Shown here: piece by piece, positions 39,998-49,800 of the stretch
Numbering within the stretch: the first letter of the stretch is position 1
Layout of the letters: each line of letters begins with the position of its first letter
Source of the DNA: Pontiella sp.
GTDB taxonomy: Bacteria > Verrucomicrobiota > Kiritimatiellia > Kiritimatiellales > Pontiellaceae
Direction: 5' to 3'
Length of the DNA: 64,000 bases
Assembly: GCA_050290185.1 (NCBI GenBank)
Contig: JBNKHE010000009.1
Location: 96,001-160,000, forward strand
The notes under the pieces: model-generated
Databases searched by the model: none
What the model was told of the DNA's origin: nothing
What the model saw: the letters and a program-made list of their open reading frames with translations, nothing else
Translations under genes and position numbers: made by a program

Positions 39998-40738
39998 CTA
40001 ATCTGACGTATCCGACGGATTTATGAAGCCGTATTGTTTGAAAACGGCTTTAGCCGTTTCCGATTTCAGAAATTCCATAAAGGTCTTGGCCGAGGCCGAA
40101 CCCGTTTTCAGGCAGGCCACGGGATAAACGATGGGCGGGTACGAATCTTCAGGGAAGGTACCGATTACCTTTACCTTGGCCGATTGCATGGCGTCGGTGC
40201 GATAGACGATGCCCGCGTCGACCTCGCCGCGTTCCACATACATCAGCACGGTGCGGACATTGGTCCCTTTCACCAGTTTGCCCTCCACGTCATCAAGCCA
40301 GCCGAGTGACTTGAGCGCTGCTTCGGCGTAAGTTCCCGCCGGGACACTCCTGAACTCGCCGACGGCGAGCATCCTTTTCAGGTTGGACGGGAAGCCTTCG
40401 AAAGTCATGACGCTGTTTTTCGGGGCAACCAGAACCAGCGCGTTGCATGCGATGTTTGTCCGCGTTCCGGCCAGAAGCAGATCTTTTTCCTCGAGATAAT
40501 TCATCCACCTTACATTGGCGGATACGTACAGGTCGGCGGGTGCGCCGGCATCGATCTGCCGGGCCAATGCACCAGACGAGGCAAAGTTGAATCGGATGTT
40601 CTCTCCGCCGTTTTCCTTGAACTTCGCTGCCAGCGCCTTCATCACATCCGTCGTACTGGCGGCGGCAAAGACCGTCAGATCAGCGGATGAAACGCTCGAA
40701 GCGCCTAGCAAAAATAGAATGGCCAGAAAACCTTTCAT
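39998..40738 (-). CDS. modA: Molybdate ABC transporter substrate-binding protein
   Basis: VFAAAST, FASSGALARQI..GAPAD, VPAGTYA, RGEVDAGIVY.TDA; start at MKGFL. Confidence 0.93.
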   Translation of the reverse strand: MKGFLAILFLLGASSVSSADLTVFAAASTTDVMKALAAKFKENGGENIRFNFASSGALARQIDAGAPADLYVSANVRWMNYLEEKDLLLAGTRTNIACNALVLVAPKNSVMTFEGFPSNLKRMLAVGEFRSVPAGTYAEAALKSLGWLDDVEGKLVKGTNVRTVLMYVERGEVDAGIVYRTDAMQSAKVKVIGTFPEDSYPPIVYPVACLKTGSASAKTFMEFLKSETAKAVFKQYGFINPSDTSD

Positions 40739-40924
40739 GTCGGTGCCGCCAAAAGTATAGCGACCATTCCGCACGTCAAGCTTTCCATACATCGGAATAC
40801 TCAGCCGGGTTCATACTCGCTGGTGGCCTCGCCACCGCTGAGGCTCCGGCGGGTTATTTGTCGGGAAATGTGCGGCCCCGAGGAATGTGCCCGTCTTGAA
40901 ACGGCGGGTTAGACTTTTTACCCG

Positions 40925-42367
40925 TCAGGTCAATGGAAGAACGATGGTGAAGGTGGTGCCACGTTCGGGGTCGGATTGAACCGAAATCTGTCCGCCGTGG
41001 GCTTCGACGAGGCTTTGGACGATGGAGAGTCCGAGCCCGGCGCCGCCTTGCTCGCGGGAGCGGGATTTGTCGACACGGTAGAAGCGTTCGAAAATGTGGG
41101 GAAGATGTTCTTCGGGAATGCCTGTTCCCTGGTCGGCGATATCGATTGCGGCGGTATCGCCGTCTTCTCTCAAGAAAACGCACAGGGGGCATCCCTGGGG
41201 GTTATGCTGCACGGCGTTGGCCAGCAGGTTGGTCACGATCTGGTGGATGCGCTCCCGGTCGACATCGGCGATCAACGGTTTATCCGTGCCTTTAAAATCG
41301 ACGGGATGCTTGGCCGAAAGCAGCGATGCGGAATCGGCGGCATCGGAAAGGACGGTATTCAGGTCGCACCGGGTTTTCGTGAGAGTGTTTCCCTGACTGT
41401 CGATGCGGGTAAGCGTGAGCAGGCTGTTGGCCATGGTTTTCATGCGTTGGCCGGCGCGTAGGCAGGCCTCCAAAACGGTTTTGTATTCCTCCGGGGTGCG
41501 GTCGCGCTTCAGGGCCGCTTGCGTCTGGGCAATGACCACGGCGATGGGCGTGCGTAGTTCGTGGGAGGCGTCGGCGGAAAAACGCTTCTGGGTTTCGATG
41601 GCTTCGTCGAGATGGTCGAAGGTTTCGTTGAGCGTATGGGCCATGCCCGCCAGTTCGTCGGGGGCATCGGATAGTTGAATGCGGCTGCTGCGCTCGCCGG
41701 AGGCAATCTGTTCGGCGATCCGGCTGATCTCCCGGATCGGATGGATCGCTTTGCCGATAATCAGCAGGCCGCCGAAAAAGCCGATGAGCATAATGGACAG
41801 TCCCACCAGGATCAGTTGCAGGCGGGTGTCGGCCATGGTCTTGTTAAGCGGGGCGAGGGGATAGCCCATGACGATCGTAAGTCCGCCCGGCTGTTGCTTG
41901 ACCAGTTCACGGAAACCATCCCGCGAGATAAGATCCTGCTCTTCAGGATGCCGGACATAATCGCTGAAGGAGCGACCAGAGGGAACGGCACCGTAGCGAT
42001 TCCGCTCGGCTCCCCGCGGGTCGATGATCACCACGTACCGGCCTTGCGTTGCGAGTTCATCCAGATACGTTTTCCCGTCCTTGATGATAGGGGAGCGTCC
42101 AGCAGTCTGGCGCATATCGTCTCTGGCAGCTAAGGGGGCGTCCATCGGCATCCGGTCACCGGCCACCATTCGTATCGGTTCATTTCTAGGCGGTGCGACG
42201 GTCGGCAAGACCAGCACCAGTTCCTGTTGCAGCTGTTTGTCGATGCCAGCGATCAGCTCCTTTTTCTTTAGGTGGTAGTGGAGCGGGAGCAGTGTGCCCA
42301 ATACACCGGCGAGCAGCAGCATCTGCCATATTTGCAAGCGCCATTTGATGGATCGGAATACCTTCAA
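40925..42367 (-). CDS. HAMP-containing sensor histidine kinase (TCS 1)
   Basis: Two TM helices, HAMP, FSADASHELRTP, NLLANA, IFERFYRVDKSRSR..GG.GLGLSI; probable TTG start at 42367 next to the regulator stop. Confidence 0.92.
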   Translation of the reverse strand: MKVFRSIKWRLQIWQMLLLAGVLGTLLPLHYHLKKKELIAGIDKQLQQELVLVLPTVAPPRNEPIRMVAGDRMPMDAPLAARDDMRQTAGRSPIIKDGKTYLDELATQGRYVVIIDPRGAERNRYGAVPSGRSFSDYVRHPEEQDLISRDGFRELVKQQPGGLTIVMGYPLAPLNKTMADTRLQLILVGLSIMLIGFFGGLLIIGKAIHPIREISRIAEQIASGERSSRIQLSDAPDELAGMAHTLNETFDHLDEAIETQKRFSADASHELRTPIAVVIAQTQAALKRDRTPEEYKTVLEACLRAGQRMKTMANSLLTLTRIDSQGNTLTKTRCDLNTVLSDAADSASLLSAKHPVDFKGTDKPLIADVDRERIHQIVTNLLANAVQHNPQGCPLCVFLREDGDTAAIDIADQGTGIPEEHLPHIFERFYRVDKSRSREQGGAGLGLSIVQSLVEAHGGQISVQSDPERGTTFTIVLPLT

Positions 42368-42368
42368 G

Positions 42369-43022
42369 TCATCGCTCCATGATATAGCCCTGACCCCGGC
42401 GGGTCTTGATGCTTCCGGCGCCCAGCTTGTGCCGTAGGTTGCAGATATGGACATCGAGCACGTTGGAGAGCGAATCGTCGTTTTCGTCGAACAGGTGCTC
42501 GTACAACTCCGTGCGCGACACCACCCGGTCGGAATGGAGCATGAGGTACTCGAGCAGCGAGTATTCCATGGCGGTCAGCCCCACCGGACTGCCCGCCACC
42601 TGCACGCTTTTCTTCGAGGTATCAATCTCCAGGATGCCGTCCCGCACAACGGTCGTGGACTTGCCGGCCGTACGGCGTATGAGGGCGCGCAGGCGGGCGG
42701 TCAGTTCGGCCATCTCGAAGGGTTTGACCAGGAAATCGTCGGAGCCCAGGTCCAGCCCCTTAACGCGGTCGTCCACCTCACCTCGCGCAGTCAGGATCAG
42801 CACGGGGGTATGCTTTTTCTTGCGGAGCTTTTCGAGCACTTCCCATCCATCCATCTTCGGCATCATGATGTCGAGAATGATGGCGTCGTAGTCCCAGTTG
42901 AGCGCCTTGTACAGCCCTTCTTCACCATCAACTGCCGTATCCAGCGCATAGCCCTCCTCGGCCAGCCCCATCGAAAGCGCCAGCCGCAGATCCGATTCAT
43001 CTTCCACAATCAATAGTCTCAT
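42369..43022 (-). CDS. OmpR-family response regulator (TCS 1)
   Basis: LIVEDE, LDIMMP..DG, LTARG, KPF, wHTH with LTAMEY.LL, SNVLDVHI.NLR.KLG, TRRGQGY. Confidence 0.95.
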   Translation of the reverse strand: MRLLIVEDESDLRLALSMGLAEEGYALDTAVDGEEGLYKALNWDYDAIILDIMMPKMDGWEVLEKLRKKKHTPVLILTARGEVDDRVKGLDLGSDDFLVKPFEMAELTARLRALIRRTAGKSTTVVRDGILEIDTSKKSVQVAGSPVGLTAMEYSLLEYLMLHSDRVVSRTELYEHLFDENDDSLSNVLDVHICNLRHKLGAGSIKTRRGQGYIMER

Positions 43023-43070
43023 CCGTCTTCTCCGATTTCTTCAATGTACGCAAAACCTTCTAGCACGGCG

Positions 43071-43090
43071 AACCTTAAGATTGGATTAAG
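43071..43090 (-). promoter_or_regulatory. Direct-repeat box, copy 1 (upstream of response regulator 1)
   Basis: Minus strand CTTAATCCAATCTTAAGGTT followed by cgccgtgc-TAGAAG. Confidence 0.8.
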
Positions 43091-43115
43091 ATTGTCCGTA
43101 GCTACAGTTTTGTCT

Positions 43116-43185
43116 CTCGCAGAGGCGCGGAGGTCGCAGGGAAATAAATCCTATCCATACTCTGCGACCTCGGCGCCTCAGCGAG
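43116..43185. repeat. 26-bp-arm inverted repeat with 9-nt CGC(A/G)GAG periodicity
   Basis: ctcgcagaggcgcggaggtcgcaggg ... ctctgcgacctcggcgcctcagcgag; sibling at 61484-61555. Confidence 0.75.
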
Positions 43186-43208
43186 GAAAATTCTCTTTCG
43201 GACTGTGG

Positions 43209-43228
43209 CTTCATCCTGGCTTAAGGTT
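43209..43228 (+). promoter_or_regulatory. Direct-repeat box, copy 2 (upstream of the EF-hand gene)
   Basis: CTTCATCCTGGCTTAAGGTT-N8-TAAGGT. Confidence 0.75.
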
Positions 43229-43305
43229 TGGTGCGCTAAGGTACCTGCGTCAATCGGGGAAAGGAACGCGGCCTGTTCCGCGCAGAAGAACGAAGGAGGC
43301 ATACC

Positions 43306-43788
43306 ATGAAGGCACAGCTGGCAACACTAATCACCTTGCTTGTCGCAGGAACCGCAATGGCCCAGGACGAACAGGGAAACCGCCCGCCGCCGCGCGGCGA
43401 AGGTGGATTCATCAAACACTTCGACAAGGACGGGGACGGCAAGATCTCCCAGGATGAATTCAAGGGCCCGGCCGAGCACTTCTCGCACATGGATAAAAAC
43501 GGCGATGGATTCATTAGCGAAGAGGAAGCACCCAAAGGTCCGCCGCCCAAACGAGGTCAGGGCGGTCCGCAGGGCGACGGTGAACCAGATGAAGGGTTCA
43601 TAAAACACTTCGACCAGGATGGGGACGGCCAAGTCTCCCAGGATGAATTCAAGGGGCCGGACGAGCACTTCACGCACATGGATAAAAACGGCGATGGATA
43701 CATTGATGCCAGCGAAGCACCCAAAGGGCCTCCGCCGAATGGAGACGGAGGGAACAGCGGCGATCGGTGTCCTCCACCGAATCAGTAG
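43306..43788 (+). CDS. Secreted EF-hand calcium-binding protein with an internal duplication
   Basis: Signal peptide; four EF loops (DKDGDGKISQDE, DKNGDGFISEEE, DQDGDGQVSQDE, DKNGDGYIDASE); Gly/Pro-rich linkers; RBS AAGGAGG. Confidence 0.88.
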   Translation: MKAQLATLITLLVAGTAMAQDEQGNRPPPRGEGGFIKHFDKDGDGKISQDEFKGPAEHFSHMDKNGDGFISEEEAPKGPPPKRGQGGPQGDGEPDEGFIKHFDQDGDGQVSQDEFKGPDEHFTHMDKNGDGYIDASEAPKGPPPNGDGGNSGDRCPPPNQ

Positions 43789-43809
43789 AGTCGAGGTTTG
43801 AACCCTGGC

Positions 43810-43845
43810 AAAGAGGCGCTCCAAACCGGAGCGCCTCTTTTATTT
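43810..43845. terminator. Bidirectional intrinsic terminator between convergent genes
   Basis: aaagaggcgctcc-aaacc-ggagcgcctctttt. Confidence 0.8.
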
Positions 43846-43854
43846 TTCGGCTTT

Positions 43855-46800
43855 CTATTCGGAGAGCTGGACGCCGATGCGGTAGAAGCTTTTGGTTTCG
43901 GCGGCATGTACGGTGTCGGTCCAGCTGTTTTGCGGATAGACGAGATTGGATACGGTTGCCGACGGGAATCCGTTGGTCAGGTCGTTGTTCCAGTAGACGC
44001 TGTAGGTGCGGCCGGTAACAGCGGTCCAGCTGACGACAAAGCCGGCGGGATTCGTGATGGAGAGGGAGGTGGCGAAGAAGGATGTGCTGTTGGTGGGATC
44101 CATTCCGGCCATATATTCCTCAAAGTTACTTTGTCCGTCGAGGTCGCTGTCCGCTCCGGCGACGGCGTTGGTGGGATCGAGGAAGTAGCGCAGTTCCCAT
44201 TCATCGGGCAGTCCGTCGCCGTCTGAGTCGACAGGGGTGTCGGCGTTGAGCCATATCCGGTTCGCCTGGTTGTAGTTCGCCACGAAGGCATCGATATCTC
44301 CGTCGCCGTCGAGGTCGCCCAGGCTCACACCTCGGCTTTCGGAGCTTCCCAGGCTTTGGCCGTTATCGGAGAAGCTGCCGGAGCCGTCGTTCAGCCAGAC
44401 CCGGTTGGCCTGATCGCGATTGGCCGTAATGGCATCAAGGTCGCCATCGCCGTCGAGGTCGCCCAGTTTCACGTTATAGCTATCGGATGTTCCCAGCGTA
44501 TTTCCGCTGTCGGCAAAGTTTCCGTTTCCGTCGTTCAGCCAGACCCGGTTGGCCTGGTTGTTTGCCACAAAGGCATCGAGATCGCCGTCGCCATCCACAT
44601 CGCCGAGGTTCACGTCAACACTCGATGAGCTGCCCAGACTTTGGCCGCTGTCGGCGAAGTTTCCGTTTCCGTCGTTCAGCCAGACCCGGTTGGCCTGAGC
44701 ACCGTGGTTTGCCTCGAAGGCATCGAGATCGCCGTCACCATCCACATCGCCCAGACTCACGGTCATGCTGTATGAGCTTCCCAGGCTTTGACCGCTGTCG
44801 GAGAAATTGCCGTTGCCGTCGTTGAGCCAGACCCGGTTCGGTTCTGCGAAGTTTGCCACGAAGGCATCAAGATCGCCGTCGCCATCCACGTCGCCTAGGC
44901 TTACATCATTGCTATTGTAGCTTCCCAGGTCTTGGCCGCTGTCGGCAAAGTTTCCGTTTCCGTCGTTCAGCCAGATCCGGTTCCTCTGAGCGAAGGCCGC
45001 CACAAAGGCGTCGAGATCACCATCGCTGTCGAGGTCGCCGAGGCACACGCCAACGCTGGGTGCGTAGCCCAGGCTTTGACTGCTGCTGGTAAAGGTGCCG
45101 CTGCCGTCGTTCAGCCAGACCCGGCTCGGCTGGTCGAAGTTGGCCACGAAGGCGTCGAGATCGCCGTCGCCGTCGAGGTCGCCCAGGCTTACGTCCTGGC
45201 TTTGGGCGCTTCCCAAGCTGTTGCCGCTGTCGGCAAAGCTGCCGCTGCCGCCCAGCGCTCCGACTCTAAACTGGAAGGCGTATGGCGCCGGCATCGGCGC
45301 GCCGTCGCTGCTATAGAGATCCTTTGTCAGAACAACGTTGACGGTTTCTCCCGGTTTGAAGCCGTTGTACGGGTGGAAGGTGATCGTAGGCGTTCCATCG
45401 CCGGAGAACATGCCGAAAAACCGGCCCGAAAGGGAGCCGTTCACGTTGAAGGTCGAGTCGTCGTCGAAGGGCGACTGTGCCATGTTCATGTTGAAGGTTA
45501 CTGCGATGGTGCTTCCGGTTGCAACGCCCAGAGCATTGCTGTCCGGAACATGGGCGGTCACGACGGGTTGGGCCACCACCGTGTAGGTTTCGCCGGTGAA
45601 GTCGGTCGCGGCCGGATTGCCGGCGGCATCGAGTACGCTGTCCAGGGCATCATGGCTGAAGTCGAGGCCCAGCGTGCCGCCGGGGCTCACGCCGTTCACC
45701 GTTACGGAGACCGAGCTGCCGCTGGCAGAGGATACATCGTCGATGGTGCCGGAAGCCGATCCCGTCAGGGCCAGCGCGAAATCGCCCGTCTCGATGTCGG
45801 TTACCGGCTCGCTGAATGTAACCGTGAAGACGACGCTGGTCGACCAGGTCGGATTGGCATCCGCCCGGACGATGGACGTCACGGTGGGTGCCGTATTGTC
45901 GAGCGTATAGGTTTCGTCGGTGGCCGGCTCGCCCGACACTTGCAGCACGTTGCCTGCAAGGTCCGTGATACCCGCTCCCGCATTCAGATCCAGTCCTACG
46001 GTCCCATTGAGAGCAGCCAGATCGCCGCCGCTCAGCGTAAGCGTGTAGGACGCGCCCGAACCGCTCTGTATACCCGTTGCGGTGGTTCCGGTGATCGTAT
46101 AATCCGTCGGGTCCACATACTTGACGGGTTCGTTGAACGTGATATCGAAAACCAGCGTATCGGCAGCCGTCAGGCTTTCCGCCGGTGTGTTGCGGGCAAA
46201 TGCGATCAGCATGGGGGGCGTGTTGTCGACCTCGTAGGTTTCATCCGTCGCCGGCTCGCTGTCCGGCAGGGGGTTGCCTGCGGCGTCCAGGATGTATTGG
46301 CCATCGGTCAGGTCCAGTCCCACGGTTCCGTCGAAGTCGGCCAGATCGCCGCCACTCAGCGTAATCGTGTAGGCCGTGCCGGAACCCGCCAGCACGCCGG
46401 TTGCCGTGGTTCCCGTGATGGTGAAGTCCTCCATGTCCACATACACAACGGGCTCGTCGAATGTGATATCAAAGACCAGTGTGTTGGCCGCGGTCGGGTT
46501 TGTGGATGGCGTTTTTCGGGTAATGCTTATCAAGGTAGGCGGCGTGTCGTCCACGTCCGTAACCGAGACGGTGAATACCTTCTGATACGTCCCGCTGTGT
46601 CCGTCGTCGGTCTGTACCCGGATGCTGTAGTTGGTTTGGGTCTCGTAGTCGAAGCTCGCTGCGGTCTTGAGCTGATCGCCGTCGATGGTGAAGGATGCGT
46701 TGCCGCCGCTTCCCGTGCCTGCAACGAGGCTGTAGGTGTGTGTGTCGTTCGCGTCGGTATCGGCGGTACTGAACGTGCCCACGACTGTGCCGGTGGCCTC

Positions 46801-49800
46801 ATTCTCAGCCACGCTGTTGGTGGAGAGGGTTAAACTGGTGGGCGAATAGTTGTTCAGCCAGACGCGGTTCGCCTGACCATAGTTGGCCACAAAGGCGTCG
46901 ATATCGCCGTCGTCGTCCAGATCGCCCAGACCCGCGCCATAGCTGATGGAGTTCCCCAGGCTGTTGGCGCTGAGCGAGAAGCTTCCGCTGCCGTCATTGA
47001 GCCAGATGCGGTTGGCCTGGCCATAGTTGGCTACAAAGGCATCAAGGTCGCCGTCGCCGTCCACATCAGCCAGGTTTACGCCCACGCTGGTGTTGCCTCC
47101 CAGGCTTTGGCCGCTGTCGGTGAAACTGCCGCTACCGTTGTTCAGCCAGACCCGGTTTGGCTGGGAATAGTTCGCCACAAAGGCATCGAGGTCGCCGTCG
47201 CCATCGAGGTCCCCCAGGCTCACGGCATAACTGCCGGAAGTTCCCAGGGCCTGTCCGCTGTCGGAGAAGGTGCCGTTGCCGTCGTTCAGCCAGACTCGGT
47301 TTGCCTCTCCGTTGTAGTTCGCCACAAAGACGTCAAGATCGCCGTCGCCGTCCACATCGCCCAGGCGCACGTCTTGACTGTATGTGCTGCCCAGGCTTTG
47401 TCCGCTGTCCGAGAAATTGCCGTTGCCATCATTCAACCAGACCTTGTTGCCTTGCCCCTGATTTGCCACAAAAGCGTCAAGGTCGCCGTCGCCATCGAGA
47501 TCGCCCAGGCGCACGGTCATGCTGTATGAGCTTCCCAGGCTTTGGCCACTGTCCGAAAAGGTGCCGTTTCCATCGTTCAGCCAAACCCGGTTTGGCTGGG
47601 AGTAATTCGCCACGAAGGCATCGAGATCGCCGTCGCCATCCACGTCGCCGAGGCTTGCGCCATAACTATTGTAAGTTCCCAGAGCTTGTCCGTGGTCGGC
47701 GAAGCTGCCATGGCCGTCATTCAGCCACACCCGGTTCCCCTGGGCGGCATTTGCCACAAAGGCGTCCAGATCGCCATCGCCGTCCAGGTCGCCCAGGTTC
47801 GCACTCACGCTCTGTGAGCTTCCCAGACTGTTGGTCGTGGCGGCGAAGAGGCCGCTTCCGCTTGGGGCTCCGACCACGAATTCGAAGGCATACGGGGCCA
47901 CCGGATCCGCGCCCAGGGAGCTCTGAAGGCCCGTCGTCAGAACCACGCTAACGGTCTCGCCCGGCCTGAAGCCGTTGGTGGGTTGGTAGGTGATCGTGGG
48001 CGTTCCGTCGCCGGAGAACATGCCCTGAATTTTGCCTGAAAGGGATCCGTTCACATTGAAGGTCGAGCCATCGTCAAAGGACGATTGTGCCATATCCACA
48101 TTGAAGGTTACTGCGACGGTGCTGCCGGTCGCGACATCCAGTGCGTTGTTATCCGGTACATGGGAGGTCACGACGGGGTGGGCCGTGACGGTATACGTCT
48201 CGCCGGTAAAGTCGGCCGTTGCCGGGTGGCCGAGGGCGTCCAGCACGCTGTCCAAGGCACTGGGATCGAAATTGAGGCCCAGCGTACCATAGGGGCTCAC
48301 ACCATTCACCGTGACCGTGACCGAGCTACCGCTGGCGGCGGATACGCTTTCGATGGTGCCGGAGGCCGATCCCGTCAGAGCCAGCGCAAAATCACCCGGT
48401 TCGATGTCGCTCACCGGCTCGCTGAACATGACTGTGAAGACGACGCTGGTTGACCAGGTCGGATCCGCATCCGCCCGCACGATAGACGTTACGGTGGGTG
48501 CTGTATTGTCGAGCGTATAGGTCTCGTCGGTGGCCGGTTCGCCGGCCGGCAGGGCATTGCCGACGGTGTCCGTGATGTTCTGGCCGGCGGCCAGATTCAG
48601 GCCTGCTGTGCCGGTAAGGTCCGCCAGATCACCGCCGCTCACCGTGAGGGTGTAGGCCGTGCCGGATCCCGCCAGCACGCCCGTGGCGGTGGTGCCGGTG
48701 ATGGTGAAGTCCGAGGCGTCTACGTTCACGACGGGTTCGTCGAAGGTGATGTCAAAGACCAGCGAGTCGGCATCGGTCGGATTCGTGGCCGGTGTGTTGC
48801 GGGCAAATGCGGTCAGGGTGGGGACCGTGTTGTCGAGCTGATAGGTTTCATCCGTTGACGGCTCGCCCGCCGGCAGGGCGTTGCCCGCGAGGTCTGTAAT
48901 ATTCTGTTCGGAGTTCAGGTTCAGTCCCACGGTTCCGTTGAGACTGGACAGATCGCCGCCGCTCACCGTGAGGGTGTAGGCCGTCCCGGAGCCTGCCAAC
49001 ACGCCGGTTGCGGTGGTGCCGGTGATGGTAAAGGCGGCGGCATCCACGTTGGTTACGGGTTCGTTGAACGTGATGTCGAAGACCAGCGTATCGGCGTTGA
49101 CCGGACTCGTGGCCGGTGTGTTCCGGATAAAGCCCGTCAAGGTCGGTGGAATCTCGTCCACGTCCGTGATCGTGACGGTGAACGCCTCTTCGTACGTCCC
49201 TCCATGGCCGTCGGCGGTCTGCACGCGGATACTGTAGTTGGTCTTGGTTTCATAGTCAAAGCTTGCTGCGGTTTTGAGCTGGTCGCCGTTGATGGTGAAG
49301 GAACCATTGTCGTCGCTGCCCGTGCCCGCGACGAGGCTGTAGGTAGGCGTGTCGCCGCTATCGGCGTCGGTGGTGCTGAACGTACCCACAACCGTTCCGA
49401 TGGCCTGATTCTCAGCCACGCTGCCGGAGGATAAGTTCACATCGGTCGGCAAGCTGTTATTCAGCCATACCCGGTTCGCCTGAGTGTAGTTCGCCACAAA
49501 GGCATCGAGGTCGCCGTCGCCGTCTACATCTCCCAAACCCGCGCAACGGCTCTTGGCGCTTCCCAGATTTTGGCCGCTGTCGGTGAAGGTTCCACTGCCG
49601 TTATTCAGCCACGCCCGGTTCGCTTGAGAGCCGTTTATCACGAAAGCGTCCAGGTCGCCATCGCCGTCCACATCGCCCAGGTTCACGGCAAAGCTGTTGT
49701 AGCTTCCCAGGTTTTGGCCGCTGTCGGAGAAACTGCCGCTGCCGTTGTTCAGCCAGATCTGGTTCCCCTGACCGTAGACCGCCGCGAAGGCGTCAAGATC

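Noticed and set aside
40770..40920. Possible Moco riboswitch upstream of modA
   Set aside because: Hairpins are present, but I could not identify the conserved Moco RNA motif elements; needs cmscan
44932..46833. Long antisense ORFs (also 11200-12576, 23084-24172, 33349-34551, 36766-37968, 51375-52976)
   Set aside because: Shadows of well-supported genes on the opposite strand in GC-rich DNA; no motifs
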